This document shows positions 19,301-31,300 of a DNA stretch of 64,000 nt, piece after piece (positions within the stretch are counted from its first letter, which is position 1; every line of letters starts with the position of its first letter). Both the position numbers and the translations under genes were made by a program. The DNA is taken from NCBI GenBank assembly GCA_964106915.2, contig OZ066915.1, one strand, 5' to 3'. A model generated the notes under the pieces. That model did no database searches. It was not told where the DNA came from and worked only from the letters and a program-made list of their open reading frames with translations. Origin of the DNA: Podarcis gaigeae. Taxonomy: Eukaryota.

Positions 19301-22300
19301 AATTAGCATGACTTGAAGAAAGTGGGAGTATCTCTCCCTCTCTTAAAACGTTAGAACTTGTGCACATCCAGTGAAGCTGTATGTTGGAAGAATCAGGACG
19401 AATAGCAGAAAATACTTCTTAATGCAGCACCTAGTTAAACTAAGGAACTCACTAAACTAAGGAGGTAGTGATGGCCACTGACTTGGATGGCTTTAAAAAA
19501 GGATTGGACATAAGGCATATATGGCAACTAGCTATGATGGCTCCATAGTTGGAGGCAGTAATGCACCTGAATACCAGTTGCAGGAAACCATGAGGTGGTG
19601 TTGAATGCTCTTCTGCTTGGCTCCTGCTTGTGAATTTCGTTTGGCATCTGGTTGGGCATACTGTGTGACTAGGATGCCGGACTAGATGGGTCATTTTTCT
19701 GCTCCAGCAGGCTTTTCTTATGTTCTTAAATCTGCACGGGATTATAATTTGTAGGCAGGTTTTTCTGAAAGGCTCAGAATCATAACATGTTTCTAGACCT
19801 CACGCTTTTAGAAAATCTTGGAAACATGTAGGCATACCAGTTAAAGACTTGGAAAAACCTTGTAATGAATTGGATGTTGTATTGGTTCCCATTGGTTAAT
19901 GAATACACCCTCTTTGTTCTTGGACCATGCCATTTAATACCTATCTTTTTGCTACTATGTTTTTGTTTGTTGCTTGCTTCTGATGTTCCTTGTGCCCTCT
20001 ATATTTACATCTGACAACTTTATTTCTTCATTTTAGGCCAAAACAAGTTTCTTCAGCCCATCCATATTTTGAAGTTAACATAAAATAAAAATAATAAGAC
20101 AGTTGCTCTCTATAATCTGTGTTTAGAATTCAGATGTGTCCTGTCCCAGAGGAAACTAGTTAGCAGAAACAAGCCTTGCTCCCTTTACAGCCAAAAAGTT
20201 ATTGATTGTAATAACAGAATGGAACATTCTGAAAGGATGTCAGCTACTTTACCAAGACCATCTTGGTTACTTTCCTATTGTCCTTTGCTTTTTAGCTGAT
20301 TTGGCTGGCTTTTTTCTTTCTTGCCTGAGGCTCTTGCTGAGCTTAAGTACCATATCTTCTGGATTTGTTCATTCATGGTCCTTTTCTCTGACTCGAGAAA
20401 AGGTGGCCAAACTTTAGAAAGTGTAGCTTTCAGAGCTGGATAGCAAATTATGTCAAATGTTGAGCTGTATGAGTAGGCTCAATATGCTTCCAAGCTGTTG
20501 TCAAATGCCAGAGTAGATTCTTTCCTTTTGATTTGCATATGATTCCAAATCCCTTGTTTTCAACTTGCAACTGAATATTTGCATAGACTTGTTTTGGCTT
20601 CTTTCTTGGGCTAGTTATGGAAACTCAATCAGAATCAGCAACCAATTTTTTCAAAACAACTTTTTAAACTAAGTAAATTTTACTTCAGAATATCTGGAGA
20701 TTTTATCTGTTCCTGCATCTTATCAGAAAGGAACAAGTATGTTAGCCCTCTGTCCTAGAGTTTTCATTATTATTTTTTCCAGATTGCGTGTACACAGTAA
20801 CAGACATTGCTTGTACTTTTCAGTCAAATATCTAGGGGTGTTACTTTTTTACTCCTATTCTTGGACAAGATGGTCATTATTCTGGTTCATGTGTAAAAGC
20901 ATTGAATTTGGTGCAAATTTTCCTTCAGCTGGGCTGTGGTATTTGATAGAAAAGCTACTCAAACCTTTTGGCAATGTCCAGTGAAGTTTTCACTAGCTCA
21001 GGGATTTCTGCTAGTGAAACAGAACTTATCCGTCTTCTCCCTGTGTGCCCCTCCCTGCAATCTCCCCAAATCCTCTTTGCAGGGTTGGGAGAATCCTCAG
21101 AACACATTAAGGGTGCAAAAGGGTGGGGATATTGGGGGAGAAGAGGGAGGGGAAGTTCCACTTTGCAGCCAGAAGTCCTTGCACTAGCAAAAGTACTTGA
21201 TTAGATTCTGCTCTTTATTTCCAAATACGTTTGTGAGGTTCTCTACTCAAAGAGTAGAGTAGGTGGCATTTGTGTCTGTCTTTTTCTTTCTAGTTTCCAA
21301 GATGAGCTGTATATGAATCTTACCATAAAAGAGAAAGGAAATACCGTATTTTTCTGTGTATAAGATGCCCCCATGTATAAGACTATTTTGGGGGACTCCA
21401 AATTAAGAAAACACCCCTCAGCACTACCTGTGTATAAGACGAGCCCCAATTTTAAACCTGATTTTTTTGGTAAAAACAACCTAGTCTTATACACAGAAAA
21501 ATACGGTATACTTGCAGAAAAACACCCAGTTTAGACAGACAAAGCTGATACTGTGTTAGAAGCTATCAGCAATGCCTTAATAAAATGTTCTCTGCTTATA
21601 TCATACCAGATAGTTACTTCTTATCTTGGACAGAATGGCAGCATTCACACATCAGGACCCATAGTTAACAAACCATAGTTTACCTTGAACACACAGATGG
21701 TTCCCACTTAGCGCCTCCCCTTGCCTCTGGCAGCAGTTAACCACAAACCCTCGCTTAGTATAGCATCTGAATCTGGGGTTGTGGTTTGTTTAAGTCCAAA
21801 CAAACTATGATGTGAAGCCAAGATTTGTTCTTGGCTTCCTGGCCATGGTTTGCCTAAGTGAAACAAACCACAGCTCCCAGTTCAGACAAAATACTAATGC
21901 AGGGATTGCAGCTTGTTGCTCCTGCTCGCCATAGGAGACGAGCACAGTGAAAGCAGTCTCTGTGTTCACAATAAACTATAGTTAATGTGCAAATTGGGCC
22001 ATTACGTGTCAGATAGTAATGGAATATAGGTTGGCCAATCAGTATAAGTGATGACATTCTAAATGAAAGCTCCATGATTAAAGGCAAGTTTTATCTGATT
22101 TCTTGGGGGGGGGGGGGTTGAAACAGAGTGTGGTTATTACATTCATGTCTTGCCTGTGACTTTCCTAAGGTGTCTTGTTGCCCCCTACTAGAGACAGAAT
22201 GCTGAACTAGGTACATCACTGGTTTGTTGCAGCAAGGTCATTATGTTGTACTCAATGATTATGGCTGAGCATAGAAGACTGCCATTTTCACCATTCACAT

Positions 22301-25300
22301 TTATATACCTGTGAATTTTCACAAGTGCAGCTAGTATAAACCTATCCTCTCAGTTGACCATTAACAACAGCTAATTGTGTATTGAAAGAAAGAAATGAAT
22401 GCAGAGGGTCAAGTGCCCTATAGTTTCATGGATTACTATGCAGGCCTCAACAAGTCACTGTTTTCTCAGTTCCACTTCTGCAAGTGGCAATATATATATA
22501 CTAGCATGTTACATTTAAAAAGTCATATGTGACTTCCAGTGTTTTGTGAATGCATTATCCACAATTTTGGGGCAAACATGAATCTTCATATTGGGCACAA
22601 AATGTAGCAACCTGAATTTCTCATGTCTTATTTAAAAATAGGATTATTATTTATGTTCAGAGAATGATTAAGAGAAACCTCAGAAACCAGAGAACGACTC
22701 ACTCAACAGGATTTTCAGTGGGGAGGGATTGAAGTATTAGTACCTTGGATATGTGCTTACTCCTCCTTACAACTAGCAAAAGTGACATAAATTATGCAAA
22801 AAAGTAAAGTAGGCAAATTGGGTTTATCTGCATTATTTAGACAAGCTGGAGAAACAACATCTGTCTGTTTCTTAAACTAAGTCAGATATAATTCTGCGGT
22901 GAATGGTGAAAACAGACAGTAATACTTGCACATGTACAGTATACCCAGAAATACAAATCTAATATTGGGAAGCCTTCATGATTCGTGTACTTATTTAACT
23001 TCGGAAAGTACATGTGGGAAACTTCCTAGCAAAATCACCATTTGTTCTTAACATTTTGTTTAAAGTTAATAACAAACTAATACTTAACCTCTGTAGCTGA
23101 CCTGATCTGGACAGCCACCTGCTGATGCTTTACTGATGTTTTGGACAGTACTGTATAGTACAACTTTGACTTTTCCAAAAGGTATTAGATATTGACAAGA
23201 AAACAGGTTATTGGAGTACTGTCTTTGCAACTCAGGCAGTGATTTAACCTTTTACTTGGTGTTTGAGGGTGGTTTTTTTAAATGAACATGAAATGTGATT
23301 TTTAAAGGTTGTGCAAATATCTATTTTCCAGAAAATGAACTAGAACTTATCTTTTTTGCTTTAGGCTTTCAGATAAACTTCTGTGAAAAAGCACAAAGTA
23401 AGCTACATGTTTTATAGTATTCTGCTATTTTATTTTACTTTATTTTTATATCATTCTTGGTACTGGGAATGTGTCCACTGTTGATCTAACTAACCAGCCA
23501 TGCATTAATACATGGGCAGAGCTTCCATTTTTCATCTTGCTACCCAAATCTAATTCTGTTGTTCTGTCAATAATTCTTTAGTATCTCTTATACTTCTTGG
23601 ATAGTAAACTAGAGGTCGCATAGATAGTTGCTCCTAAATTGTAATGAATGAAAGATTTAAGACTTTTATAAAATGAAGTGGAAATATAGATATTTGGGGT
23701 TTAATGGTGTCTAACCACTTAGTGAAAAAGTAATCACAGGAACTGAGAGGATTATTTCAGTAGGGGCCCAAGTCACCTTCTTGTTTCTGCTCTTGTTTTA
23801 AAGTTTGGCATGAACTGCTTTGCATTGCCCTTGGTGGCGTGACACAGTAAACCCAACAATGGTTCGCATTCACTTTGCTCCAAACCAGTCAGTTTAGTAT
23901 AGCAGTGATGCCAAAGTTTGGCTTAACAGGTCATCTGAAGGTGGGATTGTGCTTAAACTCTACGCTCCTTAACTGTGATGTAGTCAAGAGCAAACCTTGG
24001 CTACAGACCATGATTAAGGAGGAGATAACTTAACCATAGATCAGTGTGTGGGTGATACACTAAGCCAACCTTGGCTTCATTGTTGTGCTTAGCTAAAATA
24101 ATCGGGGATGATCAAAGGGGTTGCGTTCTCCCTGGGAGCTAGCATGTTTGTGGTAAGTCATGGTTTGGCTTAGTGTTACATGGGAATGCGACAACTGTCA
24201 AGCCATCAATCCAGTAGTGTAATGTCTAATCTGATTGGCACTGGCTCTCCCAAGATCTCATGGAACAGTCTTTCCCACTGCTACCTGAGATCATTTGAGT
24301 GGAGATGCCGAGCTTCTAACTTTCATCATGCAAAGCTTGTCCTCTGCGACTGAATCAAGGTATTTTACTATGGGGTCTGGTTGTAATTTAAATGACCCAG
24401 TAGTGCTCTCTGTGTACCTTTGGAATGATAACTTTTGAAAACATGACCGGATACATCATTTTGAAACTGACGTCTCTATAAAAGTCAGGAAAAATTGTCA
24501 GTCACTACCATCCCATGTTTGGATGATTAATGGAAGCTCTGCACAATTAATTTTTTCATTGTTTCATTCTCTTATGGCATTCATTTTTTTTAAATTGCAA
24601 TGTTCATTATATCGTTATGATTGCCTGCCATGCTTTAGTGGGAACTTTATTGGAGAAAAAAAAACAGCACTGCTAGCATTCCCCCCTGCCCCTTCTACTG
24701 GGTACACCTTGTATAGTTAAACACATCCGTCTTGCATTCAGGCTGCATATATTTTTCATTTTTATTTGAAGCTAATGGATATGCATATTTAATTTTGAAA
24801 TGTTGAAATGCTTGTAAGATGACTATTGATGCTTAGTGATTTGCTGCCTAAGGGTTCTAAAGATGATCCCTAGTAGGAGGATGGTAATCAAGAAATGCAA
24901 AACAGTTTGTGCCCCAAATATCGCCACCAGCCATCTAGACGATCAGAAATGTAGTTTGCCTCCTATTCCGGTTCCCCTGGGAAATGCTATTTTGTAGTCA
25001 GTTTGTAATGCATTTTGGCAGCACTGTGAAGGTATATACCTAGAAAGGAGGAAACGACGACAAAGTAAACTGAAAAAAATCAAGCAGTTTCTGAGATACC
25101 TTGCATGGTGCTTTGGCGCCTTGTATTTTCCTGTCACAATGAAACATCTGTTGTTGTGTAGAATGCTGTTTTATTTTCTTGCGCCTCTTGCAGATAGTGC
25201 TGTCCCCATGGATTAGGAAGTGCTAGTTCTTAAAAGTGAGGGCCATAACAAAAATGAAGGTAATTTTTCAAACAAACAAATAGGAGCTGTGGGGGCTTCC

Positions 25301-28300
25301 AGATCAGGTCCATGGGGGCGAAGGGGAACTGTCTCTGCTGCGGCCCTGATCTAGATAAGAGGCCCCATAGCTACTACAGGTAACCACAGGAGGATGGGAC
25401 CCAGGTTCAAACTAGGGCAGGGGTAGGCAACCTAAGGTCCGGGGCCCGGATGCGGCCCATTCGCCTTCTCAATCCGGCCCGCGGATGGTCCAGGAATCAG
25501 TGTGTTTTTACATGAGTAGAATGTGTTCTTTTATTTAAAATGCATCTCTGGGTTATTTGTGGGGCATAGGAATTCGTTCATCCCCCCCTCCCAAAAAAAT
25601 ATATAGTCCAGCCCACCACATGGTCTGAGGGACGGTGGACTGGCCCACTGCTGAAAAAGGTTGCTGACCCCTGCACTAGGGTTAAAGATTCCCTTCTCCT
25701 TCCTGTAGTTCCAGTCCAGTTTTCAGGAGTAGGAGTCTTAGTTCCTATTTACTATTTAAAAGTGAAATGAAAACCATCCTTTCTGTTTTGTCCCTGAGTT
25801 GTGGTCCCTCCAAGCAAGATGCTTGTGTAAAACAAGAGCTAATGCTTTAGCTTCCTTTTTCCTCTGGCTTCTTATGCTCTACCTATTGCTTAAATCTTTT
25901 GTCTTATGACTTCATTCTACAGTCACCACTTCGTGCCATTAAGGACTCCTTGTTTTTTTCGGGGGGGGGGGGAAGCAGATGGCTTCTTAAAAGATTAATG
26001 AAGTTGTCTATAGCAGTATATTTCTAGCAGAAATAATAAATGGGGACTGAGTAACTTGGGCAGCTGTGAAGGTCACATCAGAAAAAGTAGCATAAGTAGG
26101 TAGACCACAGATTATTTGCATATTTTTATTCATAATGAGCAAAGCTTATAAAATTTGCATAAACCTCGTGGCCGTCAAGTCATAGTTCTTGGACATTTCA
26201 AAACTCTCTATGCCTCTGTTAATGCAATTTGCAGGCACTCCCTTCCTAAATACCTTTAATTAGAAATCAGTTCAAGTGATTTAAGTGGAACATCATTTCA
26301 TGTAAGTATGCTTTAGGGAACAGTTCTAAAACTGGTGATATTTGTAATAATTCTGGAGGTGGCTAACAATTGACAGTGGTTTTAATCTTAAGGCTTAGAA
26401 ATATGGTCTTTCCTTGCAAACAAATATTCCCTGTGGAAACAAATATTATCCTGGTTATTTGTATTTTATGCAGCTTTTTATATCTTAAAACTAACTACCG
26501 TATTTTTCGTCCCATAAGACGCTCCGTCCCATAGGACGCACCTACTTTTTTGGGGGGGAAATAAAGGAATTTCCCCCCCCCTTTATCTCCCCCCCAAAAC
26601 CAGGTTGGGGAACAGTGGGATGGCGGCGCTGCGCCTCCCCGCTGTCCTCCGAGCTTGTGGGGCTGGCCGATGTCTGCCCGGCGCGAGGGGCGCTCTGCTT
26701 CAGGGCTACTCATGCGCCAGGCGGCAGGCTGCGGACACCTGCATGAAGCACGGGGCGTCCTCCGGAGGGCGCCTCGTGCTCCGCGCTGCAGGCTGCCGCC
26801 TGCAAGCCGTGCGCGCCCGGGGGATCTCCCCCCTCCCCGGGTGTGCAAGGCTTGCGGATAGTTTCCTGGAGCCTGGAGAGCGAGAGGTGTTGGTGCGCAC
26901 TGACGCCTCTCGCTCTCCAGGCTTCAGCGAAAGCCTGCATTCACCCCATAGGACGCACACACATTTCCCCTTCATTTTTGGAGGGGGAAAAGTGTGTCCT
27001 ACATGGCGAAAAATACGGTACATTAAAGAGTTTTGAATCCCCAGAAGATCAGAATTGCGACACAATCTCTCAAATCAAGAGATAGTATTAAATTGCCCCA
27101 GTTTTTTTGGGGGGGAATGAAAGAAATGGAAAGCTGTGAATGGGGCAGGATGATCAGTGATTTCCTATGCAATGGAGGGTATGCTGGTGGTTCACTGGAG
27201 GAAGCATTTAGAAGCAGTCCTGCCCTAACCACTCTCATTTCTTTTCTTTGTGGACAGTATTCAACTAAATCTTGTGCTAGCACAAGGGGATTTCACCTTG
27301 TTTCTTTCCCCCACATGCACCCCATGCCATCCCAAAATCCCTGAAGGATAGAGAAGAAGCCCCAGAACAGATTTAGAGGGCATGCAAGCGGAAGATGGGG
27401 AGAACATTTCATTGCACAGGGTGAAATCCTTGTGCTGACCTTAGCACTATGCTTCACTTGAGCTCCACCTTAGCACTATGTTGAATACAACTCAACACCT
27501 GCTAGATCAGTCAAGAACATAGCTCCCATTCCTGCAATCTTAAAAAATGTTATCCTAACCAGAGAGATTATCCCAGTTTTTTCCCATAACTAGTTTTGGC
27601 AGGAGGGTTACTTTCCATTCTCCCTAAACGTGTCAAAATTATTAACCCAAACTTTCCATCCATTCTTCTTTCTGTAGTAGTTCTTTTCAAATGAGTTTCT
27701 AAAGAAGCAAACCTCTTCTTAATCTGGCAAGTCCCTGGTTCACACATGATCTATAATGATGGTAGTGTCCTGGCTGGGTTTTTAAAAAACCTTTCTCCTG
27801 TCTACACACTTAAGTCTTCATGCAGCGAGAAGGTGACTAGCTACAGAATTCTGGCAAACTCAAGAGAATCAGTGACTGATGAGTGCCATCTCCACTAAGG
27901 AGGAGTTGTTAGCAATTGGTTGCAAGAAGTATTTGGGGAGAGTACTACCAGAAATAACACACACAGAAGCCCTAGCAAATGGTACAATTAAGGCAATGTG
28001 AACACATGATGTGGACAATGCAGATGAGTGCACTAGCTCTGAAGTTACTTGTTCTTTCCAGGCTTCTGAAATGTGCATGTGTCTGCATATAAACAACCTT
28101 CTACACTTTATACATTTGCCTTCCATTTGCTGTAAGATGACTGAAACAGTGGTGAAGGGAAGGGGTGGAGCAAGTAGTGCTAGAATGCTCATCCTACTGC
28201 CCTCCCTATTATTCTTAAATTGACCAGACTTTAAAATATACTTTGGACTAGAGAAGTATTTTCTTCAGTTCCAAAGTAGTAACGAGAGAAGAGCTAGAAG

Positions 28301-31300
28301 TTAAAATGTGAGACATAGGGACAAGACCTGGAAGGTGGGGATGGTTCTGTACATCCATCACAAATTAAGGAAGAAGCTTGTCCTTTTTCATACTCCATTC
28401 TGTCCTTTCCCCTTTTTTGGAATCTCAAAAGGCAGACCAGGGCAGTGCTACTCAAAGTGGTGGCCCATGGATTTGTGCTCGTCTGCAAACCATCAGCTGC
28501 TGGTCCACAACAACTCCACCACAGCCCAAGCTGGGAGGGATGTTTCAGGGACCAAATATGGTACCAGTTCCTGGCACATCAGTGGGGTGGGAGTTGCTGG
28601 TCCACCACATCAAACAGTTTGAGAAACACTGGACTAGGGAATGCTTTCAGGACAGCTATTTTTCTGCTGTCTGAATACTTGGCTTTCAATACTACTCATG
28701 AAACAAATCATCAGAGCTTGTGAAGAATTTCTGTAAAGGGGAACAGTATAGTCTGGCATTAAATTTAATATAGAGATAGTGTTCTTCATTGTGCCTTTTG
28801 GTTGAAGATCTTTAGGTTATACTACTGATATTTATTCCCAGCTCATCCATAACCAGGACAGCTACATGTACTATTTTTGTTAATCAATACGAGATTCTCT
28901 TAGCAAAATTCTTACACTGTGGTTTAAAAGAGGTCCTTCCTTCTCCTGCATAGCAAAGTGTTTTATTGAACTATGTGCTGCTTCAAAACCCAACCCTCTA
29001 GAGTAGATTTTCTGGGGGAACGAAGGAAGGCTTGAATAAAATCACACGTCTCTTCTGCCTACTGGAGAATCCTCTGAGAAGAGCTACACACATAGGATCT
29101 CTGGATTCAAGCTCTTTCTTAGATCTATAATGCCTTATTTGTCTTTGTCATCACTAACCCCCATTTTGCACCACTGAAAACATTAATTCTTGGGAAGCAC
29201 AAAAGGAATTGTCTGCTTAGCCCTAGAGTTGCCCTCCAAAGGGGCCAGGCAGCAGAATGTATTGATGTCCAAGTGGCATCCTTCTAAATTATTGGTCCTA
29301 AAGCAAAATTCTAAACAGAAAATGTGGGAATAAATATGCACAGAAGACAGGTATGAATATGGGTTGGTTGTGCACAGCATTCTTTCTAGTCTCTTGGCTG
29401 GACTTTTTATTGATTTAATACCACTAATCTCCATGTCTGCTGTTGGGAGGAGCAGAGATCAGTATGTAAATCAGTGCAGTTCCCATGTTGAATGTGAATA
29501 TTGAGTACGTGTACTGCATCCAACAACCAGTACCCTACAACAAGGCCTTATTCTTCAAATGTGACCATTTTTGTTTGTTTGTTTCTCCCAATTTTTCCTG
29601 GAACAGAATACAATGATGGCATTCGTGTACCAGGTTCTGGTCTTGTAACAGCATCATTGTAGTTTCTGGGGAAGACAGAAAAGGCAACCCTGACCTGCAA
29701 TAATGTTATCTGTGCACCAACCTGGTGCATAATGTGTGTGTACAGAATCAAGGAACTGAACCCAATGTTTATTTCATATGTACTGCTTAAATCTGTAGAC
29801 ACAGGCCAAGTCACAAAAATCAGACTTTTAATAAAATAGGTATGGAGGTTTTTTGAGTGGATTTTTTTTAAAAGTAGAAGTGTTTTCTGTTCCAGGCATA
29901 TCTAGAATTGCATTCAATTAGATAGGCTTCCCAGCTTTTCGGAATTAATAGCCCAATGTTGCAGGTGTATATGAGTTAATCCTCTTGTTCTTGCAGCATC
30001 AGAAATAGAGTCACTTGGGAGGTATGAGGCTCTGGTGGTGTCACACAACAGTGTGATGTCAACGAAAGCTAGCAGAAATTACCTAACTAGTTTTAGTGTC
30101 ATATATCCATAGACTTGGGTTTATTAATTGGGTCTTGTGGGGTTCCTGTGATTTGGGCCTTTCTGGTATTATGTGAACCACTAAGTTGCTGATACCATCT
30201 TTCCTGTTAGCATGCAGAAAGCGGTGAGGAAGATGCACTCCTGCAGTTGCTTTTAATCTACTGTTTAGATATGTCAGTGTAGAGTGGTATGATTGAGGCT
30301 TTGTGGTAAGCCATATGCCTTGAGCTTGTGCAAATGAAAAGTTTGAATTAGCTGCTATATATGTGCGTATGCATGTGTGTATGAAAGAACATGAGGGTAA
30401 CAGAAGAGCAATACAGCAAAAACAACGAGGTTAAAATGCATGCCATGTTGGTTTAGTTGAATTTCTTGCTTACGTTAGCTACTGAGATGCAGGGCCCAGG
30501 TGCTTAAGACCATACTGTACAATCCTATACATGTTGACTCAGAAGTAATTCCCATTGAGTTCCGTAGGGTTTACTCCCAGGTAAGTGGTTATGGGATTGT
30601 AGGCTAAATCTAGCAGGCAGTTTTCTGAAGTGTCCAGTTGATTACTCTCTTGGAAATAAATCCCATCAATTCACTTCCTTGTTAAAGTGTGTTTGTATTA
30701 AAGTGTCATATGCCAATCATTCCTATGCATTGCAAGGAGGTTGAACTAGATGATCCTCGTGGGTCACCCTGCAGTTCTATAATTCTATGATTGAATAACA
30801 GAAATGTTCATAAGCTGTTTTTAAAAACCTAGGTCAGTTCATCCCTTTGCTAACAAAGGAAGTACATTATTTTTAGAAATACTCAAATTTTGCATCAGAA
30901 TTTTAATTCTGTTATTGAGTTAGGCAATTTAAATTCTTTTCCTCAATGTGTTAAAATAGATCAAGTTTAATCCAGACATTATTTCCATAACCTGTCTGTC
31001 TGCACAAAACATTTATTATTGAAGTTTGCTAAGTGGAATCTGTGCTATGGTGCCTCATTAATCTCCTTTACTTCTTCTCAAACTGGGGCTTCCTGCTTCC
31101 TTGACATGAAGACTGTTGCTGTGAGGAGATAGGAGGTATGAAAAACCAGACAGTCAGTAAACATGGGGTGTTCTCGGCACACTTCATTGCAGAATACATG
31201 GTAGTAAAATGTTTGATAGGCTCAACTTTAAGTTCAACTGCAGCTTTAACTTGCCACTTGTTATAGTTGTGAGATACAGCAATGTATTTATGCTTAGGAA

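Noticed and set aside
25194-25259. 66-nt pseudo-exon (TTGCAG...AAG|GTAATT) in MAP2K4 intron 1
   Set aside because: In-frame TAG and no supporting features. Such site pairs are common by chance.
26495-27085. Cluster of GC-rich ORFs
   Set aside because: They lie within a TIR/TA-bounded non-autonomous transposon and show no transposase motifs. The same applies at 49914-50290 and 54571-54903.
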